Under the pieces are notes generated by a model. The model was not told where the DNA came from. It was given only the letters and a program-made list of their open reading frames with translations, and searched no databases. The translations under genes were made by a program, and so were the position numbers. A DNA stretch of 63,984 nt, the filler included, from Octopus bimaculoides (Eukaryota), in the NCBI RefSeq assembly GCF_001194135.2. It is 6 parts of 6 records of this genome, joined end to end, with 100 filler letters (N's around TTAATTAATTAA, not from the genome) between each part and the next. Parts side by side here need not be neighbours in the genome. Positions count along the whole stretch, not along the records: positions 26,082 to 48,067 come from NC_068999.1; 5 more parts are not named here. One strand, 5' to 3'. Of this stretch, positions 28,550 to 42,124 are shown piece by piece (the stretch's first letter is position 1; every line of letters starts with the position of its first letter).

Positions 28550-28736
28550 AATATGGTTCAAATAATACGAACAAATTGGCTCAAAACAATGTTCAGTTAA
28601 TATGACAGATGATTACAGTAACTTTTTTTTTATCCCTGGCCCCTAGGTGTAGGATGTGAATCAGTGGGCAAAATGTATATTTAGAACTACAAAATCGAAA
28701 AATATGACAAAGCCACACATTTGAGGTACTAAAAAT

Positions 28737-28955
28737 TATTATTTCTTTATTGCCCACAAGGGGCTAAACATAGAGGGGACACACAAGGACAGACAAACGG
28801 GTTAAGTCGATTATATCGAACTGGTACTTAATTTATCGACCCCGAATGGATGAAAGGTAAGGTCGACCTCGGCGCAATTCGAACTCAGAACGTAACGGCA
28901 GACAAAATACCGCTAAGCTTTTCGCCCTGCGTGCTAACGATTCTGCCAGCTCACT
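28737..28955 (-). mobile_element. SINE family A (tail A1)
   Basis: Reverse complement of 8731-8967 with a small internal deletion. Confidence 0.88.
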
Positions 28956-31074
28956 AAAATTTCTGCCAATCCATTGCCTGGATGTGACATTTTAATTATT
29001 GATGAACAACTGTCCAAAAGCAGAGAGTTTTTATCCGGGCGGGAACTGAACCCAAAACTCAGAAGCTAGAAGAAAAAGCCCATCGTACGTGATCTGTTCT
29101 TCAAAAGCGGATTCCTAATTCGTATCAGTCAAATACAACGTTGTCTCCAGATGCAGAGGTTGTGTGCCATACATTTAGCTACCATTAATAAACTTGGTAT
29201 GTTCGTCTGTAGATGTTGAAGCCTGATATTGTTGTTGTTGTTGTTGTTGTTGTATTGTTGTTGCTCCGGTTTCTAGTCTTGATGTTGTTGCTGTGATTGT
29301 TGTTAGTGATGTTTTAAAATATAATTGACTACAACAAATAATTCCTGGTCCGGAAAAATTAAGTGAAAGTCCATCCAGATCACCATGTCCACAGCCTACG
29401 CTAGCAACTTCGCTACCGCCACCGAAAACAAATAACACCAACAACACTAACAACAACAACAATCACAACAATAATATAACAACAACCATTACCCTCGTCT
29501 TTCATTGGCCCCACAAACCACTCACCGCCACCAACGACATCTACATTTTACTGTACACCACAGCAACTATGGTATACACGACCACGACTACATACACAGT
29601 CAACACTATACACTGCCGTCCTTACGTTCGATCAGAGACGAAACTAATGGTCAGAAGAATGTAATGAACAAATGCGGATGTGGTTGAATGTACATCCTGC
29701 CTAAATGGTAAAATGTATCCTTTGAGGAAGAAATTTTCATTAGCATATAAACCGTCTGACCGGAAGTGGCCGAATTTCGACTAACGTAATTAGAAGTGAG
29801 TTTATNNNNNNNNNNNNNNNNNNNNNNNNNNNNNNNNNNNNNNNNNNNNNNNNNNNNNNNNNNNNNNNNNNNNNNNNNNNNNNNNNNNNNNNNNNNNNNN
29901 NNNNNNNNNNNNNNNNNNNNNNNNNNNNNNNNNNNNNNNNNNNNNNNNNNNNNNNNNNNNNNNNNNNNNNNNNNNNNNNNNNNNNNNNNNNNNNNNNNNN
30001 NNNNNNNNNNNNNNNNNNNNNNNNNNNNNNNNNNNNNNNNNNNNNNNNNNNNNNNNNNNNNNNNNNNNNNNNNNNNNNNNNNNNNNNNNNNNNNNNNNNN
30101 NNNNNNNNNNNNNNNNNNNNNNNNNNNNNNNNNNNNNNNNNNNNNNNNNNNNNNNNNNNNNNNNNNNNNNNNNNNNNNNNNNNNNNNNNNNNNNNNNNNN
30201 NNNNNNNNNNNNNNNNNNNNNNNNNNNNNNNNNNNNNNNNNNNNNNNNNNNNNNNNNNNNNNNNNNNNNNNNNNNNNNNNNNNNNNNNNNNNNNNNNNNN
30301 NNNNNNNNNNNNNNNNNNNNNNNNNNNNNNNNNNNNNNNNNNNNNNNNNNNNNNNNNNNNNNNNNNNNNNNNNNNNNNNNNNNNNNNNNNNNNNNNNNNN
30401 NNNNNNNNNNNNNNNNNNNNNNNNNNNNNATATGTGTGTGTATGTATATATATGGTAATAAACACAGGCTTATATGCATCGGTGTGTATATATTGGTTAA
30501 CATTATACTCATAGAATTACGACCACGCTCGGGCATGACTTCAATGGATTTGGGCCTTCACTTCGACCCAGTATTTAAAGTTTACTTTGGTATTTAATTT
30601 TTTTTAAATTACTTTAATCGTACCACTAATGTAACGGGACGCAAACACTTGACACCACAATTTCTCTGACGTCAAAACGTAATGGCACTCATATCCAGAC
30701 ATCACCAAACACGCATTTGCACACACAAACACACACGCACGCAAACGGACACACACAGTTACATAGTCTCTTCCACATAGAGAGGCAGTCACGAGATTGT
30801 AGGTTAGGGTATAAAATGAAGGAATGCGAGGCAAGCTGAAGTAAAAATGTGCTTGTAAAGTCAAGAGTGAACAGATCTCAATTTTGTTTGCAACGTCAAT
30901 TTTTTCTGACTCCCGTGTTGTGTTGAAACCTGGCACAACTTATCAACAAATGGAAGTATATGCTATCCTTTGCTATCCTTCTATATGCATACATTCATAC
31001 ATATAGATACGCACACAATCATACACATTCTCATCCACACGCGCACATACACTCACACATATATACTTAGGTAG

Positions 31075-31119
<45 letters not shown>

Positions 31120-31486
31120 NNNNNNNNNNNNNNNNNNNNNNNNNNNNNNNNNNNNNNNNNNNNNNNNNNNNNNNNNNNNNNNNNNNNNNNNNNNNNNNNN
31201 NNNNNNNNNNNNNNNNNNNNNNNNNNNNNNNNNNNNNNNNNNNNNNNNNNNNNNNNNNNNNNNNNNNNNNNNNNNNNNNNNNNNNNNNNNNNNNNNNNNN
31301 NNNNNNNNNNNNNNNNNNNNNNNNNNNNNNNNNNNNNNNNNNNNNNNNNNNNNNNNNNNNNNNNNNNNNNNNNNNNNNNNNNNNNNNNNNNNNNNNNNNN
31401 NNNNNNNNNNNNNNNNNNNNNNNNNNNNNNNNNNNNNNNNNNNNNNNNNNNNNNNNNNNNNNNNNNNNNNNNNNNNNNNNNNNNNN

Positions 31487-31529
<43 letters not shown>

Positions 31530-32573
31530 ATGTATACTCTTTTACGCTTTTACTTGTTTCAGTCATTTCACTGAAGCCATTCACTTCATCTGAGGGAATT
31601 GCTGTATAGATATGTTATCTTTTATACAGCCTGAATCGGTCAGGATCAGAACATCCATACGTATCTTCATACATAGATCCAGTGGAACCCGTGTCAAGTT
31701 ATCCTGGGGTTTTATTTGACTGGTCGGATGTGCAGTTGGTCTGACTCGGTGGCTGGTCGGCTGGTAAGTTAGTTGGCTGGCTGGCTGGTAGGTAGGTTGG
31801 TTAGTCCGTTGGTTGGTTGTACTGCATTCTCTCTCAATGTAACCTTATTAACTTGAATGCATTCTCAATGACAATTCAGAGTGTTTTTATCGCGTTAACA
31901 CAACTACGATTCGCCATTCAAATCAACCCAGCCTACAGTCCAACTGTCGTTCAGTTTCTAATCAAATTTGGCAACTGTTGAACGTATTCTTATAGAACTG
32001 CTGATATGAGGAAAAATTTCTTGGCACATCCTAATCGATCTTCATGTCCAAGAAGCATAAACTATTTAAGGGTATCTTAATATTATGTAGAAATAGCTGA
32101 CTAACTCTATTATGTCTTTCAGTAGAAATGCCAAAGGCATTTTTCTTATGATAGAAGCTTACAAGAAATTATACAGAGCAATACAGAAATAAGTTACCTT
32201 ATCCTATTAAAGGCTATTGCAATTCTTCTCATTCTAGTTCCATTTTCATTGTGGTTGCTCTATGTCTTGTATTTATTTGTTTTATCAGTTTTATTTGCGT
32301 TTATGATATTCTTTGCCATAATGATTTTTTATAATTTTTTAGCGTAATTTAAAACCAAAGACAAATTGATTTTTTTCTTTTCTCCTACAAGTTCTGGTGC
32401 GACAAAATGCGTCATGAAATTTCACTAAAATATTTCGCATAAATAATGGTTTGTTTTGCTTTTAGAAAATGGAATAAAATAAACAGATGCAATGTAGTTA
32501 GCTTAATTGAATAGTATACGTTCTTACAAATCTCTTATCGTATTTCACGATTAATTTCTAGAAATTACTGATA

Positions 32574-32800
32574 CACGGGATGCGACAGAATTAACGCCCT
32601 CTTTGCATTTAATATATTTTATAATATATAGATATTTATTAAGTAATTTTTTTATTGAACACCTATTTATTGCATTACTTAAATAAATCAATGATAAACT
32701 AATGAAAAAAAATCACAGAATTTTTTTGCAAATATAAAAGAAACCCAATTAAAAACTAAGAAAGTCAAATACATAAGGGTGTTAGTTCTGCCCCACCCTG
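32574..32800. mobile_element. Tc1/mariner-type MITE (~227 bp) with TA flanks
   Basis: Left TA-CACGGGATGCGACAGAATTAACGCCCT; right AGGGTGTTAGTTCTGCCCCACCCTG-TA (rc CAGGGTGGGGCAGAACTAACACCCT). AT-rich non-coding interior. Confidence 0.75.
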
Positions 32801-34451
32801 TATTTCATATCTATGTATATCTATCTGTCTTTCTATCTATCTGTTTCTCTATCTACATATCTATCTATGAATATATCTATCATCCTATCTATCAATCTAT
32901 CTACCAACATATATATATATGAAGATATATACAGATAAACTTCATTCCCTTTACTCTGTCGGATACGTAGTGTGTTCGTTTTTGGTGAGGTGAGAATTCT
33001 GTTGATTTATATAAATTTTTGGGACAATACTGTGCTGATGAACGAAATCTAGATTCATTCTAGTAATCGCGAAATCAGTCGATACGCAGTTAAGTTTATT
33101 TAACAGAAAGTTGGTCGTCTTCTGTTGGTTGTTTTTCCTCGCATTAGGTACTAAACGTGGTTATTTTGAGAAGTCCACTGTGTGGCGTTGTTATTTTTCT
33201 GTAATAATGCCCTTTATATAAATATAAACGAATAATTATATTTTTGGGAATAGAAATTTCCCTTGCGAATTTTTTTTACACACTGGCTTCNNNNNNNNNN
33301 NNNNNNNNNNNNNNNNNNNNNNNNNNNNNNNNNNNNNNNNNNNNNNNNNNNNNNNNNNNNNNNNNNNNNNNNNNNNNNNNNNNNNNNNNNNNNNNNNNNN
33401 NNNNNNNNNNNNNNNNNNNNNNNNNNNNNNNNNNNNNNNNNNNNNNNNNNNNNNNNNNNNTCTCATGCCGTGAGCATGTGTACTGTGTGCAACACAATAA
33501 TTCACCCTTGAAAAACCCCGAAGGCGGAATATAAATAAACATTATTGGAGCGAAACAATTTGCAAACAATTTTACACGGAAGGTCTATATGGATTTGGTC
33601 GACCAGTTTTCTTTAACTTCAACACGGCAGTGAACAGTGTCGTTAGGATTTTGGCCATACTATCTGACAACAATTCTCGCGACATTACGCTCTATATTGA
33701 ATGTCGTCATGATAACTCTGCTCTTCATAATTTTATTGGTCATAAAATCAATGTATAAGTTGAGGGTGCTGGATTGGCGAGGTTGTTAGAGCGTCGGCCC
33801 AAACGCCTTGCCATGGCTGTTTCAAACATGTGCATTCTAAGTTCAGAATTGCCTGCGTCTGAAAACGTGGATAATGCTCTATGGATTGCCATCAGTCAGA
33901 AAATGCTTTCAGTTTGAAAACACGAAGACCGTTTCCTCTATGTGTATGTGTGTGTGATTGTGTGTGTCTGTGTATATACATGCATCTGTATATTAACATA
34001 TGTGTATATGTCTATCTGTATGTCGATAGATAAATACATTTTTTAATTTATGTATATGTCTGTACATATGTATTAACCGGATACTTGCAAACAATAGTTA
34101 TAATAAATGCCATAGTTATAATAAATGCCATGGAAATTAAAATCTGGATCGATTGAAACCATCTTTCCAAAAACTGACGGGCAATATCAACTAACTCTGA
34201 ATAGGAAATTGAGATATTCTTAAAGATTTAACCTTAATTGTGAAGTCACACGTTAGCTATGACGAGGTACCCATACTTTCATCCTGTCAACTTTTAACTA
34301 CCTTCATAATAAGCATGTATATAAGAGAGACAGAGACAGGCAGAAACAAGGAAAATTCCCCTTGTATTTGAATACCATGCAAATATCCTTCTAAAAAACA
34401 TTTTATTGAATTGTTTTTATTTTTTTCAAAATTTCATTGTTTTCCATGCTT

Positions 34452-34488
34452 ACAGTTGAAGAAGTTTCAATGACTGAAACTGGTACTG
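34452..34488 (+). ncRNA. Degenerate minimal hammerhead-like motif
   Basis: CAG-TTGAAGA-AGT(ttcaatg)ACT-GAAAC-TGGT-A-CTG: stem I CAG/CTG, stem II AGT/ACT, near-palindromic stem III, GUA triplet. C3 is mutated to U. Confidence 0.35.
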
Positions 34489-35759
34489 AAACTTAATTAA
34501 TAAAATCTTAATAACGGGATACTTTAATATATAACAAAAACTATTAAGACCTTTCCTAATCATATTGTTAAGGTGGTCATGATAAAATCATTCTACAATG
34601 AATGTATAACTGAAATAAATTATCATCTGCGTAAGAGTACATAGTGTATATTAAAGCAATAACAAGGAGTGTTTTCTATATTACGGGTGGATAAGTATAA
34701 GATATCAAAAATATGGAATTGAATATAAAGGGTAATTGAATTAGAGTTATACTAAATGTATAAGGAAACAATAGGTAAACCGATTTGAACATGTAAATAT
34801 TTAATGAATAATACATGCTTAAAAATATACAAGAATAACCAAGGATTTCCATATCCAATAACTTTTATAAGAAAACCTTAAAAAAAAAATGAATTACAAA
34901 TATTAAGAAAAATTATGAAAGGATATATGAATGTATGAAAATATCACAAATCTGTAGACAATTTGTAAGGCATAATGTGTGATTATAAATTATGATATTG
35001 TATTACGCATTATAATATTGTATTATGAAAAGAAATTATAAGCACCTTTATAATCAATAGAAGCTACACAAATGTATAGAAGGGTATATAGATATATAAA
35101 AATTTAATAATATAAAATATAAAAAATATAGAACATAAAATGTTATATATTTCTTTGCGAATGTTATAAATGGTATAACAGATAAAAATTAATAAGAATA
35201 TATCAAGATAAAAATCAAATGAAATAAGGATTATTTTATAGATTATGATATAAATTATAAATTATATTGGTATATTGAAAGTATTCTTAGATATATTATT
35301 AATATCATTCCCTATAAAAAAATTAGATTATGCATATCAAATAGTAATTGAAAAAAAATAATAAATTAGGATAAAGATGCCTTTGGAAAAGGGATTATAA
35401 AGTATTTCCAAAATATATCAAAGGCACTGATCTATGTAGAGCAATAACAGTTCCTGGGAGCTATACCTTATACTTAGAGGAGGGGTAAGATTTAGTACTC
35501 CATTGCAATTATATATTTTATACAAACTATAAGGGAGGATAATTTAGAACGGCTAAATATGTAGTATAATTATTGAAAGATTGCAGATTAAAGTAATTAA
35601 GGTTCATTAGAAAGCAATACTACACATATTTCAAGAAAATAGAGGATATGCTATGAATAATATGACAATACATCATATCATGATATACTTATTATTACTT
35701 GTCTCTAAAGTATTTGAAGGTACGGGTAATCCTATGGAGACATGATGTTCTATATATGA

Positions 35760-36290
35760 ATATTTCATATATCTACATACAATATATTTCACATCCATAT
35801 CGGTTATTTGTGTATGGCTGAGCTCTACCCACGATGTCCCATTTTAGGCAATATTCACTATTACTATCCTTGAGTTCCAAGATTATCGTAGATAATAAGG
35901 TACCGTTCGTTTTATGCCTAAGTCGAAAGGACGGAAAATGCTTATTCAATCGTTTGTTTTTTCGTATTCACAGAAATGTACATTTATATATAACATTTTC
36001 AGCTAAACACTGACCCAATAACTGCCATTGGGATCCTTCACTACAATTGCAACTGTGGATGTTACTATTATATTATTAGCATTAATTACCCTATCATTAA
36101 CATTTATAGTGACGTCATAAGAGGTATTACTGATATTCGTAGAAGTATTATCAAGTGTTACTGCCGTAATGTATTGACACCCGTGCATCCTTGTTACTCA
36201 TTTACATTCTGCTCTCCTAAATTGGAGCTGTGCGGATTATACCGAAGTGACAAGGTGCTCAAAGTTTAAATACCTAATTCAACTGAATAT
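35760..36290 (-). mobile_element. Penelope-like GIY-YIG region, degraded
   Basis: Minus strand gives SCNCSEGSQWQLLGQCLAENVIYKCTF and LSTIILELKDSNSEYCLKWDIVGRAQPY, matching PLE CNC..CPL.G.CL..V.YK and LS..IW.LK..Y..KW.I..RA.PY. Confidence 0.75.
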
Positions 36291-36644
36291 TGATTATATA
36301 CATATAAATTATATGCATATATTGAACAGGCTGCCAGCCAACGACTATTCACAGGCGCATTCTCACTGCTGCTCCACATAGGATATTTTTGCTAGCTGCG
36401 TTTCCTTCCTGGGGTGACACGAGCATCATTAGACAACCTGGTCCAGATGTGTTCCCTGCCCAGCACGATACTGATGCATACTTTAACACAGACCCCACGA
36501 TCGACACCTAAGTCCATCTACCAGGAGGTTCATAATCAAACCCGCCAGGCAATCAAGGCTCTGTATCCCTAGATTACAGGAATGCGCAAAAATAACCACA
36601 CACACTCAAACACACACACACACACACACATGGAAGTGTGTGTA

Positions 36645-36728
36645 TTTGAACTCAGAGCGTAACGGCAGACGAAATATTACTAAGCATTTCGCCCGGCGTG
36701 CTAACAATTCTGCCAGCTCGCCGCCTTA
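36645..36728 (-). mobile_element. SINE family A, 5' head only
   Basis: Reverse complement of AAGGCGGCGAGCTGGCAGAATTGTTAGCACGCCGGGCG...GAGTTCAAAT. Confidence 0.85.
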
Positions 36729-36759
36729 ACAACAACAGCAACAATAATAATAATAATGA

Positions 36760-36815
<56 letters not shown>

Positions 36816-37994
36816 AGCATAACGTGAGGGGATAAGTTGGAAATAGGTTGGCGAAGCTTAGAACAGATCGATTACATGGTAGAGACATTATTTCAAATGA
36901 AAACGTCCAGGTATTAAAGACACACAAAAGCCGTTGGTTAACAGCAGTAGAAGAGAACCAACGGATGTATATATATATGTNNNNNNNNNNNNNNNNNNNN
37001 NNNNNNNNNNNNNNNNNNNNNNNNNNNNNNNNNNNNNNNNNNNNNNNNNNNNNNNNNNNNNNNNNNNNNNNNNNNNNNNNNNNNNNNNNNNNNNNNNNNN
37101 NNNNNNNNNNNNNNNNNNNNNNNNNNNNNNNNNNNNNNNNNNNNNNNNNNNNNNNNNNNNNNNNNNNNNNNNNNNNNNNNNNNNNNNNNNNNNNNNNNNN
37201 NNNNNNNNNNNNNNNNNNNNNNNNNNNNNNNNNNNNNNNNNNNNNNNNNNNNNNNNNNNNNNNNNNNNNNNNNNNNNNNNNNNNNNNNNNNNNNNNNNNN
37301 NNNNNNNNNNNNNNNNNNNNNNNNNNNNNNNNNNNNNNNNNNNNNNNNNNNNNNNNNNNNNNNNNNNNNNNNNNNNNNNNNNNNNNNNNNNNNNNNNNNN
37401 NNNNNNNNNNNNNNNNNNNNNNNNNNNNNNNNNNNNNNNNNNNNNNNNNNNNNNNNNNNNNNNNNNNNNNNNNNNNNTATATATATATACATATGTAAAT
37501 AAACATTCACACGCACGTATGTATTTATTTATACATATGCTGCTTTATCGTACTTAGTATTGTCAAGTAAAGCAATTTGCCATTTACTGAACGATTTACA
37601 ATGTTCCTATTTTTTGTTATCATCTTATTCGGTAGTTTAAGTATTTCAGAACATAAATATACCTCATGTCATATAAGGCGCTAATTTGCTCATGGGTATT
37701 TCGAAAAATTTATTTTGTCACCATTGTTAAAGTACTTCGCTATACATGTATCCGTTATTTATTGATCTCACTCACCGGATTGGGTTACCTGCTTCAAGTG
37801 TTTTAAACAAATATATCGACCCAGTGCATGCGTTAGTACTTGTGTTAACCTCGTAAGAGCTGAGTCAAAGCTGAACTTTACGTAAAAGAACACAGTTCGA
37901 CTCTTAATATTTTTATTTCCTCTTTCATTTCATCACTGTTACAAAGCAGACTTTCGAATGTGAAGAAAGAATTCAATATTTAATTTCCAAGTGA

Positions 37995-38430
37995 GGCGGC
38001 GAGCCGGCAGAAACGTTAGCACGCCGGGTGAAATACTTATCAGTATTTCGTCTGCCGTTACGTTCTGAGTTCGAATTCCGCCGAGGTCGACTTTGCCTTT
38101 CATTCTTTCGGGGTCGATAAATTAAGTACCAGTTACGCAGTAGAGTCGATTTAATCGACAAAATCCGCTTGTCTGTCCTTGTTTGTCCCCTCTATGTTTA
38201 GCCCCTTGTGGGTATTAAAGAAATAAGGAACGTTAGCACACTACCCGAAATGCTTAACAGTATTTCGTCTGTCCTTACGTTCTGAGTTCGAATTCTGCCG
38301 AAGTCGACTTTGTCTTTCATCCTTTCGGGGTCGATAAATTAAGTACAAGTTACATACTGGGAACGATTTAATCAACTAGACCCATCCTCCAAAATTTTGA
38401 ACGTTGTGCCTGGAGTAGAAAAGAATATTT
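37995..38430 (+). mobile_element. Tandem SINE dimer: A1 copy (37995-38227) plus headless A2 copy (38228-38430)
   Basis: Two consecutive family A cores. AATATTTAATTTCCAA (37975-37990) and AATATTTAATTTCTAA (38424-38439) bracket the pair. Confidence 0.85.
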
Positions 38431-39984
38431 AATTTCTAACTACCTAACTTTCTAATTATCTATGTATGTATCTATCTAGATATCTATATGTATATACATA
38501 TTTGTCCATTTATGGTACGCCCTGTATATGTACTTGTTCGTATGTATATGTGTATATAGATAAATCGTTAGATATATTACAGTTATTTATAATGCTGATA
38601 AATTCTGGGAAAAGAATAAGCTGTTAACAAATTTAGTATAAACAAGGTTATAAACACGGTATGTTAATTAAAACTTTTAATCGCTATTTAGGTGGGAAAC
38701 TTGAAATCTTAAATAAATATGAGGCAATATCTATCTAATCTTCAGCTTCGCAAATATTGTAAAGATTTGAAGGTTTACGATTCGAGTTATTTGCTTACTA
38801 CGTCACCGGTATTGAGACAATTGAGAAATGAGTAATTACGCACTACGTCATCAATATTTAGTTGCTCTTTAAATCCTTGGTGAAGGATTCGTGTATCTGA
38901 TTAATCATGTTAGTGTTAATACTTGTAGTTTTAATACTTGTTATTTTACCGTCTTTTAAACAGTTTCATTGCCTTTTAAAAAGTTTTATTGTCTTTTAAA
39001 CAGTTTAATTAGCTGTAAACATAGAAGAATTATAATATTAGTTTATTACAAGTACTCCTATAATCTCCTATTTAATGAAATTTAAGTGTATATTAGTCAC
39101 TGGTAATTTAATATAACTTGTAGTGGTGATATATTAATGAGTATGTAGCGTTTTATTATGAACTTTTGAATAATGAAATAATGTATTTCTCTCATAAAAA
39201 TGTGAATTGAATTAATTTCAAACGTGTTTTGTTTTCGAAAAAAGTTTATAAGGTTTGTACTTTCATAATTGTAGTATCTATGGAAGGGCAGTGGGATTAT
39301 TATTTATATAGACTTAAAGATGGATCGCAATTTAGCATATAATTTAGTTACTGCAGTTTATTATTAATACCGGAACAATGTGCATTGGTTAACATGTCTC
39401 TTGTTGCAGTTTCAGTAAGGTTTATGTTTAATCCTGCCTGTATATTGACTGATTGAAATAATGTGACTATTAAGCTTTTATTTTATATTATACTACGGAA
39501 GATGGTAGGGATTATAATTTTTTATGACTTAATAGAGCTGTCGCCGTTTAATTACGTATTTAGGAAGGGCTGTAATTCACTTGTGGAACTTATTTATCCA
39601 TACGGTTGTACATTCGATAAATGTGTTTGAAAGTTGTGGTTTCCTTGGTTTGTTTGTTCCCAAACAACACTTATTTTAGTGCTGTTGGCACCGCTGAATT
39701 GAACGGTACTGTCCAGGTGTCGAAAACATAGTGATATCCGTGGGGAAGCTGATGATGGAGGTTTGCTGGATTGTTGATATGGCTGTTGGTGTTTATGTAG
39801 ATTAGTATTCTTAGATTGTTGGTATGGGTGTGGATATATGGTATGGGTGTGGATATATATGCCCGCAACTCTAAGCTGAAACTTATATAAAAAAATATAT
39901 ATATATATTTAGATATTTACCAGTATGTGTTTGTGGGGCGTGCGTGTGTTTGTGTTTGCGTGTGTGTGTATGAGTCTGCGTGTA

Positions 39985-40061
<77 letters not shown>

Positions 40062-42124
40062 TAACTTATATGTTACTTGCTTCAATCCGTAACCTCTGGT
40101 AGATTCGAGAGTTAAAATTTGCCACCCTTAAATGTGTGTTTCTCCCAAGGTAGGCTCATCTGCTGTTCTAAGTAACAGTATGCTCAGTTGATTTTTGAAG
40201 ATATCTTCTTCGACACCGTGCAGTTTCCAATTTTACTGTGGACCTTTCACTTATAAGCGGGTTCACTATCTATTTCTAAATCTTCATGACCCTATCCCAA
40301 AATCAGTTCGAGAATAGCTTAACTTTGAATATGGACGTCGTAAAGTGTTTCCAAGATATTATTGTATATATTTACGTATATCATACCTCTCTACATTCTG
40401 GGAAGTATATCTTAACTTTTTTAGCTTAAGCCAGGCGCTGATCTGTGACTTTGAAGCAGTCATTTCGTATACAAGCAATGAAGTGTTGCAAGATCCGCCA
40501 ATAATTTTACACTATATGGTAACCACGATTGCAACCAACTTTCTAGAAGCTTCAGGACAAATGCCTTTAGGTGGTCTATCACAGATTCCTGCTGTGTTGT
40601 TTCGAAATTTCTTCGAATCCATTCGACTGGCTGTCTCAATCTCATTGCCATCTTTGTAATATGCTGATGGTTGGATGTAGCATTTCTCCTGTTAATACAT
40701 AGGTCAGTTACTGGGAGTAACCCTGGGCTGCAATGCCTCTTGGTTCTGTGAATTTTGAAATCATTTCCTTTACTTTGGAAATTTTTAGCAATGAATTTAA
40801 ATTGCAAATTGTATATCCAGGCTCACATATAACGGATATTTATATATAGGTAAATGCACAACTCACACATGCAGGCGCACGCATGCATATACGCACGCAC
40901 ATAAATGCACACACACACAAACACACACATATAATATTTCTTGTTCCCGCTCTCAATTTCTATCAACTTATGTAACTTTCATGTTATACTTCCCTCTCAT
41001 TCATTCACTCGATCAATGACTCCTTTCTTTCCTCATGTATTCTTTCATTCATTGACTCACTCCTTCACTCACTCATTCACTCTTCGCTCTCTCGCTCATT
41101 CACATACACACTTCTTCGCACTCTAACATACATAAACAAATACGCAGGGAAATCCATACACATGCAAGCGCACACTCACACACATACATACAAAGCTACA
41201 CTCCTTTATACTAAACGTACTACCTTCTTTCCTCCATAAGACTGTCCATCATTTTACCCAAAGAGCTATTAAGCTGCCTGGCTGTCTGTGTTACATTTTC
41301 CACTTCCTATAAACCTGAATGCCATGTCCAAGCCATTGTCTAGCGGAATCTTTATTTGCTGTAGTCTTTGTCCACATTTAGCGACCACATTGACGGCTTT
41401 ATGGAGTATTGTAACGACCTGCTAATTATTGGATTTCATTGCCTACTTTTCAAAGTAGGAGACATTTTGGTACTTTAATTCTTTATTTATCCTTCGGTAT
41501 TTTGTGTATTTGTTAGTGTCTATTTTTCGCCTTAACACAATGATATTAGTATTGTTGTTATTTATGTTTCTTGTTTTGTATATATTGTTTTAGCTAATGT
41601 GTATTCATTTCAAGATAAACCAAGCACTCAGTAGCTGCAGAATGCAAAAATCACTACATAATTACATGCATTAGCATGCGCACATGCACACATGCGCAAA
41701 AAGAGTACATACACACATGTATGAATTATTTTACATCATGCATATACGTTTATGTGTGTGTGCGTGGATGTATATACACACGCACATATATATATATATA
41801 TANNNNNNNNNNNNNNNNNNNNNNNNNNNNNNNNNNNNNNNNNNNNNNNNNNNNNNNNNNNNNNNNNNNNNNNNNNNNNNNNNNNNNNNNNNNNNNNNNN
41901 NNNNNNNNNNNNNNNNNNNNNNNNNNNNNNNNNNNNNNNNNNNNNNNNNNNNNNNNNNNNNNNNNNNNNNNNNNNNNNNNNNNNNNNNNNNNNNNNNNNN
42001 NNNNNNNNNNNNNNNNNNNNNNNNNNNNNNNNNNNNNNNNNNNNNNNTATATATACATATAGATATGCATGTATATTGTATACACATGCATTCATACCTA
42101 CATACATACATACATACATATCGA

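Noticed and set aside
29175-29687. Signal-peptide-like ORF (LLLLVLLVLFVFGGG...polyQ) and a plus-strand ORF ending NKCGCG*, reminiscent of a TGF-beta C-terminus
   Set aside because: The first starts at TTG in a (GTT)n tract. The CA-rich strand bias leaves several frames open, and there is no cystine-knot Cys pattern upstream.
36003-36188. ORF MHGCQYITAVTLDNTST... that looks like a beta-rich extracellular exon
   Set aside because: A neighbouring frame carries the Penelope CNC..GQCLAENVIYKC motif, so the region is better explained as PLE linker sequence.
39595-39876. Possible phase-0 terminal exon on the minus strand (LRVAGIY...VQPYG*)
   Set aside because: The CA-rich, T-poor strand gives multiple open frames. 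It contains a 19-bp tandem duplication (39821-39858) that would shift the frame, and no homology is recognised.
40080-40810. Complex sequence with overlapping ORFs on both strands
   Set aside because: Probably a decayed transposon, but I could not assign a family from motifs and all frames are interrupted, so it was left uncalled.
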